Positions 36,992 to 49,242 of a DNA stretch of 64,000 bases are shown one piece after another (positions within the stretch are counted from its first letter, which is position 1; the number at the start of each line of letters is the position of its first letter). The position numbers and the translations under genes are program-made. The notes below the pieces were generated by a model. That model had not been told where the DNA came from and ran no database searches. It was given only the letters and a program-made list of their open reading frames with translations. The stretch is from the NCBI GenBank assembly GCA_907165135.1, contig OU015567.1, positions 4,898,001 through 4,962,000 on the forward strand, written 5' to 3'. This stretch comes from Oikopleura dioica. Its lineage: Eukaryota; Animalia; Chordata.

Positions 36992-38750
36992 ATGAACAAG
37001 GAAATTTATCACAATTTTATTATCTTTACCTTTTTATTTCTTACTTCTTTGTTGCTGACGATTCTTCCTCTTTCGAAGTCTTTTTCAACCAACAGGAATG
37101 AAACATCGACAGAAATCGAAGCTCGACCAATATCAACCGGGAATACAAACTCATCCAGAAATCCTTCAGTAAATGAACATGTTCTGCAATTGTGGAATCC
37201 AGCAAAATATGAGAACTTTCCGGCGGTATTTTACAAAATAGACCAAAACGGATCAAAGAAGCATTATATCGCGAATTTGACGATGTCTCCAGGTAATTCA
37301 TGGAACCAGAGTGAAAATTTCGCGTTATCTCTGCTGACCTGAGCTGACCAAAGTGAAAATTTTTTGAACTGAGCCGAGCTGAGCGGGCCTTTTTCAGAAA
37401 TCATTGAGCGGAGCCAAGCTGTGCTGGTCTTTTTCAAAGGTCATTGAGCTGAGCTGGGCAGACCCTTTTTAGAGCTGAGCTGAGCTGATTGAGCTGAGCC
37501 GTTTTCAACTAGATCAGACTTGCAAATTTGTTGAGCTGAGTGAGCTGAGCTGGCTGAGCTCAGTGATTTTCGAAAATGATCTGATCTGCTCGGCTCAGCT
37601 CAGACAATTATCATTCAGCTCAGCTCGGCTCAGCTCAATAATTTTCGAACATGATCAGTTTTGCTCAGCTCAGACAAGTATCACTCAGCTCAGCTCAGCT
37701 CAATGATTTTACTTTAAGAATAGTAATATCTGAGCTGGGTTAAGTTAGCCTTGTTCAAAAACTATTGAGCTAAGCTGAGCGGAGCAGACACGATCACTGA
37801 GCTCAATCAGCTCAGTAAATATTTCTTATAGACCCCTATAAGAATAACCCCTATTAAAATAATCAACTCTCGCTTATCGTTAATAAAAATATTAAGTAAA
37901 TTTGATTTACGAGGAAGCTCGAAAATTCTGTGCGAATAATGGCCTTGAGCTTGCATCAGACGAACTGGAGCTAGAATCAAACAATTTCCTCAAAGGATCA
38001 ACTGGCTTGATCAACTCAAAAGTCAACTTTTCATCGGGAGAGCTTCAAATCGCCAACATTTATAAAGAAAGAGCATTGAAAGAGCTTAAAATTTTCACCT
38101 CGCGAAAAATACTTTTCCAAAGAGATTTCTCTTCACCGGACCCTTTTGTGTCAATTTGCGCGTTTATTGCTGACAATCTTGAAGCCAAAATAAGAAGAAA
38201 TAAGGTGAAATCTCATTTTTCAAGAGGAGATGTATTTTTAAGTTTATCTGTGAAAATGATCCTTTTGATGAAACTGGGCAAGTAAAAGTATTCCGCAACT
38301 GCACCATGAACTGCAAACCTCTTCAAGTCAACGCCACCTTCATTGATAAATACAGACTGTTCTCTGATTCTTGGAACGAAAATAAGGGAGAAGCAAAGAC
38401 CTTTGTTTATGTGGGTCAGAGATTCTGTGAATCGTCTCAAATGGATAGTGGTTTCATTCTTGAAAACTTCAATGAAGAAGAAACTGGGATCCCGTGGTGT
38501 TCCTGGCAACTAAATAGTACACTTGTTCATCTTATTTTCTTTCCTCTTCAATAATCTTCAGAGTCCTACGCATTTATCCTCCATCGAACCGTTGGTATCA
38601 CGCTTATTCGAAAGAGCACGTATGTACCTTCTCATCAACCAAAAAAATAAAATTCTTAAATCAAAATTTAGTGCACGAGCAATTTGCGTGGCGAAGAATT
38701 TCGTCGATGTAGAAAATGCTACATTTGAGCCTTTTCAAATTTCTTACTGA
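36992..38750 (+). CDS. Orphan glycoprotein 'X', copy B (most divergent)
   Basis: Colinear exons MNKEIYHNF..., YEEARKFCANNGLELAS..., NCKPLQVNATFIDKY...GIPWCSWQ..., ARAICVAKNFVDVENATFEPFQISY*. Confidence 0.7.
37307..37815. mobile_element. GAGCT/AGCTC array element in intron 1 of X copy B
   Basis: Begins CAGAGTGAAAATTT, like the left end of the 441-1656 element. Pentamers run as GAGCT up to about 37560 and as AGCTC after it. No right TIR or TSD found. Absent from the matching short introns of copies A and C. Confidence 0.6.
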
Positions 38751-38902
38751 AATAAAACATCTGTTACATTTATTAAGTGACCCTTAAAAACTATTATTTT
38801 TAACAGAAATCGGTCATTTTTGTCTAGATCGCAAAATAAGTGATTACGCGACAGTCTGCTCATATCGTTCCAAATAAACCAGGTTTTGCGTAGAAGACGC
38901 TC

Positions 38903-39245
38903 ATTTGGGAGCGTTGGCGAAGGAACTATGTTTGCATCCATAGAGTTTCTTGATGCCCGCGACCATGGCTTGTTCCTTGTCGTTTATACTCCCAGGTTCG
39001 GCCTTTTCAAGCATTGAAATTATTTAGCTTCGACGCCGACAAATGCTATTGCTTTTACTTCTGGGAGATTGAAAGTGACGAACATGATCAAATCGGGCGC
39101 GACGGCGAATATTATGGGAATACTTATGGTAAATCTGGTTACTGCAAGTTATGGCGCTGTGTATTTTGATTTCGACGATGAAGATTTTGTAAATTGGGCA
39201 AATTATACAAACTGTCCAGGTTTCAATAAAACAAGACATTTATGA
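38903..39245 (+). pseudogene. 3' fragment of SLC13 copy 1
   Basis: LGALAKELCLHP*SFLMPATMACSLSFILP with in-frame TAG at 38941-38943, then the last exon ending NYTNCPGFNKTRHL*. No upstream exons. Confidence 0.85.
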
Positions 39246-39482
39246 ATTGAAATTGTTTTTTTGAAAGATTTCCGGAGAAATCATCAATTTGATACTTCAA
39301 AGCTCTTTTAATTTGCCGACAAATTGAAATTTTCTACAGCTGTTTCAGCTTTGTCTGCCAACGTTCTGCCTTCTTCAGCTGCTTATCTTATCTATTTAAA
39401 ACAGTGCTCTTCTCTAGCACCATCTATAAACTGCCTGTGAAGATACCGTATAAACGAGTGAAATTTCACATAAATCAGAAAA

Positions 39483-40127
39483 ATGCCAAAAACAAACTTT
39501 TACAAACTCGTCGTCGAGCAAGAAATGGATGACCCTTCAAAAGACTGGTTCTTTTACATAAAAACTCAAGAATTCAAGTCGATTCCCGGTGTGTTTTGGG
39601 AATATTCCTGCGGATGTTGCATCAAATTGCCAAGCGACTGCTCAGATACGTTTCTTCGTGGCCCGACAGCTTGGTCCTTTGATGTTGAGAAGATCAGCAA
39701 GAAATCTTCGTTTTGGGGAGAAGATGATTCGCCACCTACGAGCCATGTTTACTGCCCAAAAGAGCCGGAGTTTCTCCGCACTCTACAATGGCACCTGAAT
39801 ATCCTCGTTCGAAATCCCCGACTTTTCCCACATCGCTTGGTTCATCTTGCATCCACTGCTCTTGGTAGAGAGAAGCTCACAAAAGCGTTTACGACTCCAG
39901 CTCAAATTCCTGACGACATCAACAAAAGTCTGCTGCCAGAAAATCTCCGAAAATCATTCGAGGAAGAAAAGAAAAGTGGCGAAGCCTTGGGTGACAAAGA
40001 ACTCGAAGATCTCTTCGCTGCGCCAACGAACAAGAAGACGAAGAAGCAGAAAAAGTCGGCGAAGAAGCCAAACAAAGGAAAAACTCCAAACAACATTCGA
40101 AAGACGAAGAAACCTGTTAGACTGTAA
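39483..40127 (+). CDS. Intronless orphan protein 'Z', copy 2 (214 aa)
   Basis: Near-identical to 21551-22210 with small in-frame indels. Confidence 0.7.
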   Translation: MPKTNFYKLVVEQEMDDPSKDWFFYIKTQEFKSIPGVFWEYSCGCCIKLPSDCSDTFLRGPTAWSFDVEKISKKSSFWGEDDSPPTSHVYCPKEPEFLRTLQWHLNILVRNPRLFPHRLVHLASTALGREKLTKAFTTPAQIPDDINKSLLPENLRKSFEEEKKSGEALGDKELEDLFAAPTNKKTKKQKKSAKKPNKGKTPNNIRKTKKPVRL

Positions 40128-40305
40128 TTTTATCTTTCACTCGTATTTTTCGCGAAAAAGAAACATTTTTTATAAGAAATAAACTGCTTCTATGACAATT
40201 ATACATAATATCTTGACTGAATTAAAATTGAAGGCTGGCTGTCAATTCAACCGTATAATTATCGCCCCGTTATAAATTGGAATTGTTCTTTTGCGTTCTT
40301 CAAAA

Positions 40306-41495
40306 ATGAACAAGGAAATTTATCACAATTTGATTATCTTTATCTTTATTTTTCTTACTTCACTTTTACTAACGATTCTTCCTCTTTCGAAGTCTTTTTC
40401 AACCACCAGGAATGAGACATCGACAGAAACCGAAGCTCGACCACTGCCAACCGGGAATACTTACTCTTCAAAACATCCCCTGCAATTCTGGAACCTAACC
40501 AGCTATGAGAATTTTCCCGCGATATTTAACAAAATAGACAAAAATGGACTGAAGAAGCATTACATCGCAAATTTGACGATTTCTTTAGGTAATTCACCTC
40601 TCAAACGATCGTTTTTTTAATGAAAAAAATAAAGTGAATTTAAATTACGACGAAGCTGAGAAATTCTGTGCAACTCGTGGGCTTAAACTTGCATCAGACG
40701 AACTAGAAATAAAAACAAACAGTCTGCTCTATGGAACCTTTGGCTGGATCAACTCAAAAGTCAACTTTTCATCGGGAAAGCTCCAGATCGCCAACATTTA
40801 CAAAGCAAGAGCTTTAGAGAAGATCGAGAATTTCAACTCTCGAAAAATATTTGCCCAGAGGGAGTTCACTTTAGTGGGTATACCAGTTTGTGTATTTATA
40901 GATGAGAATCTTCATGAAACAAGAACTGGCAATACGGTGAAATATATTTTTTTTCCTGAAGACAATCTTAATTTTTTTGAAGCTTATCTGTGAAAATGAT
41001 CCTTTTGATGAAAACGGGCGAGTGAAAGTCTTCCGCAACTGCACAATGAACTGCAAATCTCTTCAACTCAACGCCACCTTTATAAACAAACACGGACTGT
41101 TTGTCCGGAGCGAGGAAATTTGGCATGAGGAAAAGGGGGAAAATAAGACCTTTGTCTACGTAGGTCCGAGATCCTGTCAATCCTCTCAAATGGATAGTGG
41201 TTTCATTCTCGAAAATTTCCATCGAAAAGAAACTGGGATCCCATGGTGTTCGTGGCAAGAAGATGGTACACAAGTAAATCGTATATTTTCTTATCATCGA
41301 TGTTTTTTAGAGTCGTACGCCTTTGTCCTTCACCCATCTTTTGGAATCACGCTCGTTCGAAAAAGCACGTAAGTACATTTTTTACCAAAAAAATCAGATT
41401 CAAGAAAAAAAATTAGTGCTCGGGCGATCTGCGTGGCGAAGAAATTTGTCGATTCTGAAAATGCAACATTTGAGCCATTTGAAATTCCTTACTAA
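40306..41495 (+). CDS. Orphan glycoprotein 'X', copy C (no MITE)
   Basis: Colinear with copy A, and uninterrupted at LQLNATFINKHG. Confidence 0.7.
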
Positions 41496-42853
41496 AAAGT
41501 TGACAACAAAACTTTATTGTTCTTCTAAACATCTGTGACCCTTAATAATTATGATTTTTGACAGAGATCGGTCATTTTTGTATAGTTTGCTCGCAAAAAA
41601 AATGATTATTCGAGAGTTTGCTCATCTATTTCTTCTCGAAAACCAGGTTTTGCATAGAAGACGCTAATTACAACTTCTCACCATTTGTGCATCAAACGTA
41701 ATATCGACGCAATAAAATTAAGCTCACCATGCAGGAAAGTTTTTGCTTCTTCACTTCATTTTTTTCAGAAAATTTTTATTGGAAATTGAATGAGAAATCA
41801 TTCTTTTTCAATTTAATAGCAGGTGAGAAAGAGAGAGAGAAATTTATCAGTTTATATAAAAGTGTACTGCAACATCAACGCAACGTTCAACGCCCGGCTT
41901 TACCAGCGCCTCTTGAATGGCTACAAATACGTTTTGGACACCAATCAAACTGGCTGTAAGATGCCCCTTGAAGAAGCCATTCCTATCTTTGACAAGAACC
42001 CCTGGGACTCGAATCAAGTACCAGACGAGTGTGTCAAATTAACGTACCGAACTGGATTCGATGCATCTTCTTAGGGTTCTTGCCCAGGATTCTTTGCATG
42101 GCGCCACGAAAACAACAATTCGTTGATAAAGAGCAAGAGTGCATCAAGGAGTTGATGAGTCATTTGACGTCGAAAACCTTTGATTTTGAAAGGTTCATCA
42201 GCTGCAAAACTGACCAGCTACTTACTGACATTCTGAAAGGTATCTTTATCAATGATGCTTTTTGACGTATTTTGTTCTAGAGCTTCAAGAAATCCGAGGA
42301 GCATTTGAAAAAGAAGACCGTGACGAAGCAAAAATTGAAAACTAGAAATTTGTTGCTCAAGTTTTTGACCGATTTTTGGCCTATTTCTACTTCTGTGCAA
42401 TCGTTACTGTTTATTTTTGCACTTCGTTCAGAGAGTATCTACAAGATGAGCCTGTCCACAAATAAATGAATAACTAAAAATAGCTTTGGGCTTAATCCCC
42501 TCTTATTTCAAATAAACACCGTATGACAACATTCTGATGAAAAGATTCGTGAGAAGTTTTTAATGACCGATTTCCGTCAATTTACCATCTTTTTGTGAGT
42601 GATGCGCGTTGATCTCCTTTGCCGCGATGAAAAAAGTCCTTTGTTTGCGTCCCACTTAAATTTTTATGATTTTTCAGACTCGCGCCGCCTCGGTTTTTAC
42701 GATGTCTCAAGCGGGAAAATGTAGCCAGTTCCTTTTGGCTACAAAAAGCAATTACCTCATCGACTAATAAAACTTGGTGTTTTCTTTTAACTCCTGCGAA
42801 TTATAAAGAGATAAGCGCGAATCAAATTTAAAGTGAGAGAAAAGAAGACGAAA

Positions 42854-44576
42854 ATGGGAAAGTTTTGGAAGAAGTTTCGATGCTGCTGCAGATCAAAGGA
42901 CGTTATTGAGCCGACGATTTTTCATGAAAGAGTGATTGATGAGGGCGACGACAATCCAGCTTTTCAGGTGCTCAACTGCTTTTTTCTCCAGCTTTTTTCC
43001 TCATTTTCTAGCAATAAAAACGGGTTGGTGTCTGAAGCCGACACAAAAATTTCGATAATTTTTGCGTGGGCGGCTATTCTGCTGCTGATTAGCCGATATG
43101 CCAAATCCAGGCTTCTCATTGGTTTAAAATTTCCACGCAAAATTTGTCGAAATTTTTTTGTCGGTTCAAGACACGTCCCCATAAAAACTGATGTTTTACC
43201 GGTCAATTTCTAGGAACCACCACTGACAGCGACAATAAAATCACCGACCAAATCGCGATCCAGTGTCTACATTGACACGTTAGAAAAGAATTATCTTCGA
43301 TCGCCACCGAACGGGAAGAGTATTGGAAGCTCTGAACTTCAAAAAGAAAATAATATTGTTAATAAAAACTATTCGAGTACAGTCTCGGAGTTTTCGAGCG
43401 TCAAAGTGAAGGATGATTTTTCTGATATGTAAGTAAAGATTTGTCAATAATTTCCAAATTAAAAATGCTTCTCATTTTTTCCGAAGATTACCGAAAATAA
43501 AAATCCAAAATTTAAAAATTAAATTTAATTTTATGGTTTTTCAAAATGATTTTTTTTCAGCAACGATGCTTCAATCATGACAGGTTTCCTCGAGGAAGAA
43601 CTCAGTCGTCAAGGAACACCGATCTTCAACAAAAAAGACCGCAAGAAAAAGCAGAAAAAAGAAAGGTATAAAGCCTCAACTCTGCGAATCAGCCCGTCCA
43701 GCATTTCAAGCTCATCATCAGACGACACTGTCAAAGAGCGTAAAATCGGTACGACTCATAATTGATGAGGATGCTTTTGAAAAGAAAATGCTTTTAGAGA
43801 CTCTTGGGCGGAAGAGAAAAAGACCGGATCCCACGAGGACGATTGTTTTGACCGGAAAAACTCAGTCGAAATGGAAGAATGCTGATGTTTTTGGGGTTTA
43901 CACTTTTGTAGAATTCAATGGAAAATATACGACGAGGCCGCTTTATTTGGTAAGAAAAAATGGGGGCTCTTAGTCCGTTAAAAACGGTGAAAAACCTTGT
44001 TCAAAATAAGGGTATCTCCCAACTAGCAAAAATTGTTACGAAACCTCGCGATTTTAAGGGGAGGTGTCAAGAATCGACATAAATATCTCGAAAAATTTTT
44101 GCGGCTACTGTTCGGCTACTGTTCGGCCAGTTAGCCGAATCCACGCTTCTGATTGGTTAGAAATTTCCAGGCAAAATTTATCGGGATTTTTGTCTGTTCC
44201 CATTAAAATCGCGATGTTATGGAGAAATTTCTGCTAATAAGGGGATACCCTTATTTTCAACACCGTTTTGTGTTCTCTGAAATCTCCAAGCAACATTGTA
44301 GAAATATCATTTTTACCCTCTAAATTTCTAGCGAGAGCAGAAAACGCAAGAAAATCGAAACGTCTACCTCTTCTACAAAGAAACATCTGAAAAATGGTGC
44401 ATCGGGCCCGATCCAAAGGGCGATCATTGTTGGATTTACTGCGACTCGACATCGTCAATTCCAACGGCAAGGTCAATGAGCGCGTTTTGGTGCGAACATG
44501 TTGGCGGTGGACAGTGGGAGAAGTGCTCGATAACTGTCTCGATCAAAAAATAAAATATTTTAACTACAGTAGTTGA
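42854..44576 (+). CDS. Uncharacterised multi-exon protein starting MGKFWKKFRCCC
   Basis: Exon-like ORF pieces at 42854-42970, 43214-43427, 43561-43949 and about 44340-44480, with GT-AG junctions. Two introns contain MITEs. Confidence 0.35.
43027..43180. mobile_element. Palindromic approximately 155-bp MITE family, copy 2
   Basis: Aligns by eye with 13654-13809 (GGTGTCTGAAGCCGACAC...TGTCGGTTCAAGACACGTCCCC). Confidence 0.8.
43981..44269. mobile_element. Long nested hairpin containing copy 3 of the 155-bp MITE (44058-44201)
   Basis: Outer arms AAAACGGTG..AAAATAAGGGTATC / GATACCCTTATTTT..CACCGTTTT, then TCGCGATTTTAA / TTAAAATCGCGA, then the MITE core. Confidence 0.75.
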
Positions 44577-44759
44577 ACTAACTCGCGCGTAGCTCGTGTT
44601 ACCTTTGACCCTTGCAGACTGAGTTCAGATTCCCGAGTTTCTTCAATCCTTACGCAAATAAAACGATGCATTCACGCGCATTTGCCCCAGACAGCGTAAT
44701 TTGAACAGCGTCAGAAGTCAGACGTAGGAAATTCAGAAGAGAAAATAAAAAGAGAAGAG

Positions 44760-45925
44760 ATGAAAAAAATCACGATTTTTTTCTTGACCGCTGTTTCTGC
44801 TGGCCTGACGGATTTTAATGGACAAATAAGTAAGATTTTTTTTCTCAAAAAAGATGAAAATCAAATATTCCAGCCTGCTATCTCGGCGGCTACATGAGCT
44901 CTCAATACGTCGGCTACGGCTGCTGGTGCGGCCGGCACAACAACGGAATCCCCGTCGACGAGACCGACCAGTGCTGCTTCGAGCACGACAATTGCTACGA
45001 CGAAGCAGACAAAAAATTTTCCTCGGGAATTTTTCTCGAGAGCCTGCCCCAGTCTTATTTCAAGACTTATGACTACATGTGCCACGAAGAACATGGGGTT
45101 ATCTGCAGAGATGATGTGGAGTCCTACTCTAGAAAGCTGTGCGAATGCGATAAGGCGGCGGCGAGTTGTTTTCAGAGAAATAGAAATTCATACAACAAGG
45201 TAACGTTTTAAATAATTAGAAATTCTTTTTAGAATTCAAAATTACTCAAAAAATTCAAAAAAAAAATTTTTTTAAGGACCCCCCCCCCCGGCAGCTTTTC
45301 CCTCCGAAAAATTGAAATTCTTAAAAACTCCATATTTTTGGTTGTGAATGCGTCCTGAGGTTTAACTTGCTTCAAAAACTTGATACAAGAGGAATTTTTA
45401 ACCAAGAAAAATCGATATTTTTGCCGAAATAAGGGCAAATTCGTCAAATTTTGGCGAAAAGTCCAATTTTCAAACGCAATTTTAAGGGTGTTAGAGTCGA
45501 GATTGACCTCAAAAAAATGCAGCCTCGAAATTATTTTTTGAGTCGTAGAATCCATTTCCGGGGCCAAAATTTTTTAATTCCGAAATTTCATTGCACGAAA
45601 AAAGCTGAAGGGGGGTTCCTTTATATTAATAATAACCTTTTTTCAGTATTTTTCAAAACAAGGCGAATTCAACAAGGATCGTTTTTGCACCGACGGGAAT
45701 CGCCAAAAAATTCAAACCGAAAATTTCTCTGGTTGCGAACGAAACAGCCCGCATGAATTTTGCTGCGGCTCAAAAGCTTACGATAACCGCTTTAATTTAT
45801 GCTGCGGGGGCGAAGTTTTCAGCGATATCTTGTACGGCTGCTGCTTTGGAGAGAGCTTTTTGAAGATAACTCATTATTGCGAGTTGAAATCTTTTAATGA
45901 AGGGGAAGTCAAATCAATTCTGTAA
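44760..45925 (+). CDS. Secreted phospholipase A2 with a C-terminal di-cysteine domain
   Basis: Signal peptide MKKITIFFLTAVSAG, YGCWCG loop, PVDETDQCCFEHDNCY (His48-Asp49), CECDKAAA (Asp99). The last exon reads FCCGSKAYDNRFNLCCGGEVF...GCC. Confidence 0.85.
45276..45619. mobile_element. TTAA-associated MITE in the PLA2 intron
   Basis: TTAA|GGACCCCC..CAGCTTTT ... AAAGCTGAAGGGGGGTTCC. The interior aligns with 46028-46212. Confidence 0.7.
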
Positions 45926-46027
45926 AAAAAATAAAAGAAGAAAAAAATTTTTGAAATAAAATTTCTTAAAGTTCGTTGATTTCATTTTTCCGACGTTCAA
46001 AATATCATCTAGTCATCCCTCTTTTAA

Positions 46028-46212
46028 GGAGCCCTTCGAAAAACGGAAATTTTTAAAACGCCATATTTTTGGTTCTTTTTTCGTCCTTAGGTTAAACTTG
46101 TCTCAAAAACTTGATAAGAGCAATTTTCGACCTAGAAAAATCAATATTTTGCCAAAATTAGGGCAAATTTTTTCGACGAAATGTCCAATTTTCAAAAAGC
46201 TGACGGGGGTCC
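46028..46212. mobile_element. TTAA-flanked MITE, shorter copy
   Basis: TTAA at 46024-46027 and 46213-46216, with GG...CC termini. Confidence 0.7.
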
Positions 46213-46906
46213 TTAATAATTAAAAGTTGTCAAGACTGCAGATTAGCACTCCCGTCGAGATTTATTTTCACAAGGCGCTTTTCAAGTTTCCTCGCCCGCG
46301 CTCCTAATACAACGAAAATGAGTAAACAAAACCTCTTCAAACCGTTCTTCATTGAGTTCAAAACCTTTCATTTCATTTTTTTAATGAGATTTTGAATCCT
46401 ACGTTGCTTTCCGTTACAATTCCGGAGGTTGACTGATTGACGCGGTGAAATCTTGCCCCGAGCAAAAAGAATTCGTCGTTAGAGCTCAAGAATTCAATTA
46501 GCGGAAAAATGAAAGAGTGAAAAATTCAACGAAGATTCAAAAAAAGGTAGAGTTGGATTAAAATCGGCGATTTATGAGCTAGAAATCGCCCAGGCAGCTA
46601 GAAAAACTTAGAATCTGCCAAATCAATTCTTTCCATTTTCGATAAAGCGCCGTTATTTTGATAGAAATGAGTTTAAAAAAACCTGTTAGTCGCTGCGAGA
46701 ATAAATAGGAGAAGACGGTGCAGAAAGTGTAGCAAAAAAGAAATTTAATTTTAACAACGCGAAAGAACTATAGAGTCGAAAGAAGCAGCCCTGTCAAAGT
46801 AAAAGGCCACCTTTCAAGGCAGTGCATTTTTCTACGCTTTTTGAATTTTCTATTATTATAAAAAACTCAAATATTTTTAAGAGAAAACGACTTGGAAAAA
46901 GAAAAA

Positions 46907-48558
46907 ATGGAAGGCTCAAGCGTCAATTTCTACCAAATTATTTTGATCAATATTCTGATCACGTGCATGATCATGCTCTACAGTGGTTTTTACAGAAGAG
47001 AGGAAGACACGGTTTTGAGCTTCTTTACAATTGATGAAGTCGATCAAATGATTGAGAAGAAGGTCAAAGAAGAAAGAGAGAAAATGGAAGAATTGGAGCA
47101 AGAAAAATTTATTGAAGTCGAAAAAGAGGGCATCAAAATCGAAGAAAATGAAGAAAAACCTGAAAGAAGAAAAGCTGTTTTAGTAAGTTTCGAACCGAAA
47201 AACCAGTTTCTAATTGAAACTTAGATGGTTACATTTATGAGATCCGGGTCCACATTCCTCGGCGAAATGTTCAACAACCACGATGATGCCTTCTATGTCT
47301 TCGAACCTCTTCATCCTCTCTCTAAATTCGGATTATCAAAAAGCAGCTTAGAAGATAGATTTGAAATTTTGACCGACAACTTGAACTGCAATTTCCGCGA
47401 GCAATACGATATCACCATTCCTTGGGTAAGAGTTTTGCCTTTTCGTCAATTAAATTTTCGTAGAGGTCGTTCAAAGGCGAAGAAATGCCGCTGGAAGAGT
47501 CACTCGACAAAAAGGGGGATTTTGTATTTCGATCGAAGCATCGAAGACTTTGTGCACCACCGTTTTGTGGAAGGGATTTTTCGAAGAGTCTTCATCAGTG
47601 TAATGAAGAATGCGGTCTTGTTGATTTGAGTCTTGCTTCAAGGAAAGGATGAGACTCTTTTCTAACAGATTCTAGCGCTTAATTCGGGGAGGCGTCTCGA
47701 ACCGACATAATAATTTCGACAAATTTTGGGTGGAAATTTTCAACCAATCAGAGGCTTTGATTCGGGAAACCGGCCAATCAGCAGCCGAGTAGCCGCCCAC
47801 TCAAAATTTGTCTTAATTTTTGTCGGTTCCAGACGCAACCCCCTTAATTCTTATGAGTTGATTCAATCCTTGATGAAGAGTTTGTCGACCACTCGTTTCA
47901 GCTGTCAAAACCATTCGTTTTGTCGAAGTTGAGCTTCTACAAAAAATGGCAGAAGAATCAAACCTCGACTTGAAAATCATTTTCCTCGCCCGCGACCCTC
48001 GAGGCATTCTAGAGAGCCGCGTGAAAATCTATCAGAAACTCGATACCGCCCCTTTTGTCGCTGACGAAAAGAACCTGAAAGCTGTCAATGATGTTTGCTT
48101 GAGAACGCATGGGATTCTTGAAACGATCAAGGGCTCTGAATGGTTGAGAGAAAGAAGCCTGGTTGTCAGATATGAGGATTTAGCGATGGAACCGAAGAAA
48201 AAGGGGGCGGAGATTTTGAAGTTTTCCGGGTTGGAAATTACGCCAAAAATTATTAGTTGGATCGAAGAAAATACCAGCAGCAAAACGAGTGACTCAGGCA
48301 ATTGGTTAAAATGATTCTCTTCCTTGATTTCAATTTTTCCTTTGGGGGATTTTTGACCAATAAAAAGGCACATATGACACGAGTCGCGATTCTAAGAAAA
48401 CTGCCCTTGCATGGAGATCAATTTTAGACTACTCTTCAATTTCTGAAATCCAATCAAAATGCGTCCGGAACATGGATCTCCTCGGTTATAAACAAATGAG
48501 AGAAAATGATGCTGATGCTGATGTTCTTGGTGAAATGGACTTTTCCTTCAGAAAATAA
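46907..48558 (+). CDS. Golgi carbohydrate sulfotransferase (Gal/GlcNAc-6-O-sulfotransferase-like)
   Basis: Type II TM anchor, 5'-PSB motif MRSGSTFLGEMFNNHDDAFYVFEPL, RRLCAPPFC, 3'-PB motif IIFLARDPRGILESR, VVRYEDLA. Confidence 0.9.
47686..47843. mobile_element. Palindromic approximately 155-bp MITE family, copy 4, in a sulfotransferase intron
   Basis: GGGGAGGCGTCTCGAACCGAC...GTCGGTTCCAGACGCAACCCCC, flanked by the direct repeat TTAATTC (47679-47685 and 47844-47850). Confidence 0.85.
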
Positions 48559-49242
48559 TGATTCATTTTCGGACCCAATCTTGGGGTTCTTTTCAAGATT
48601 GCCTATTGTATATATCGACGAGTTATTATTCATTTATTCTATTTATACTGCAAGACCCAAATAAAGATACAACCCATTTTTGAATAAGAAATTCTGAAAA
48701 GATGGAATGCCAAATAAAAAAAAAACGAGGCGTCCATATTGCATTTTCCTTGTCATGTTCGACAGCGTTGTAAATCAGCTCCCATCAACTCCAAATGTTG
48801 ACAAAGAGCTTGCGCGAAAGCTGATAAAACTTGATTTTATTCGCGTGTATTTGAAAAGATACAAAGATAGAAAGAAATCCGCGCCAGGGTACATCCGTTT
48901 CTAAGTGAAAGATTGTGTCATTTTTGTATTCTTTTCAATTGATAGAGCTTTCGAAATAAAAAGAACTCTTCCGAAATCGTGAAAAATGAGGATTCCTAGA
49001 GGAAGGTGGAAAGATGGAGAGATACCCTTAGCGAAGAAATTCTTATATGGAGGTAAATTTGAGGTCTAGAAAGTGCTTAACACTACTTTTTAAGGGATTT
49101 TCTTCGTTTTATTTTTCGGTTCTTTTGCTTTCCTTTTCGTCATGCTCTTTAGCTACCGCTTTACTGCGTAAAAGACACAAATAAAATTGAAAAAAGTCAA
49201 TGTTATTTTATTACAAGAGAAAATGAATGTTAGTTGGGTTGT

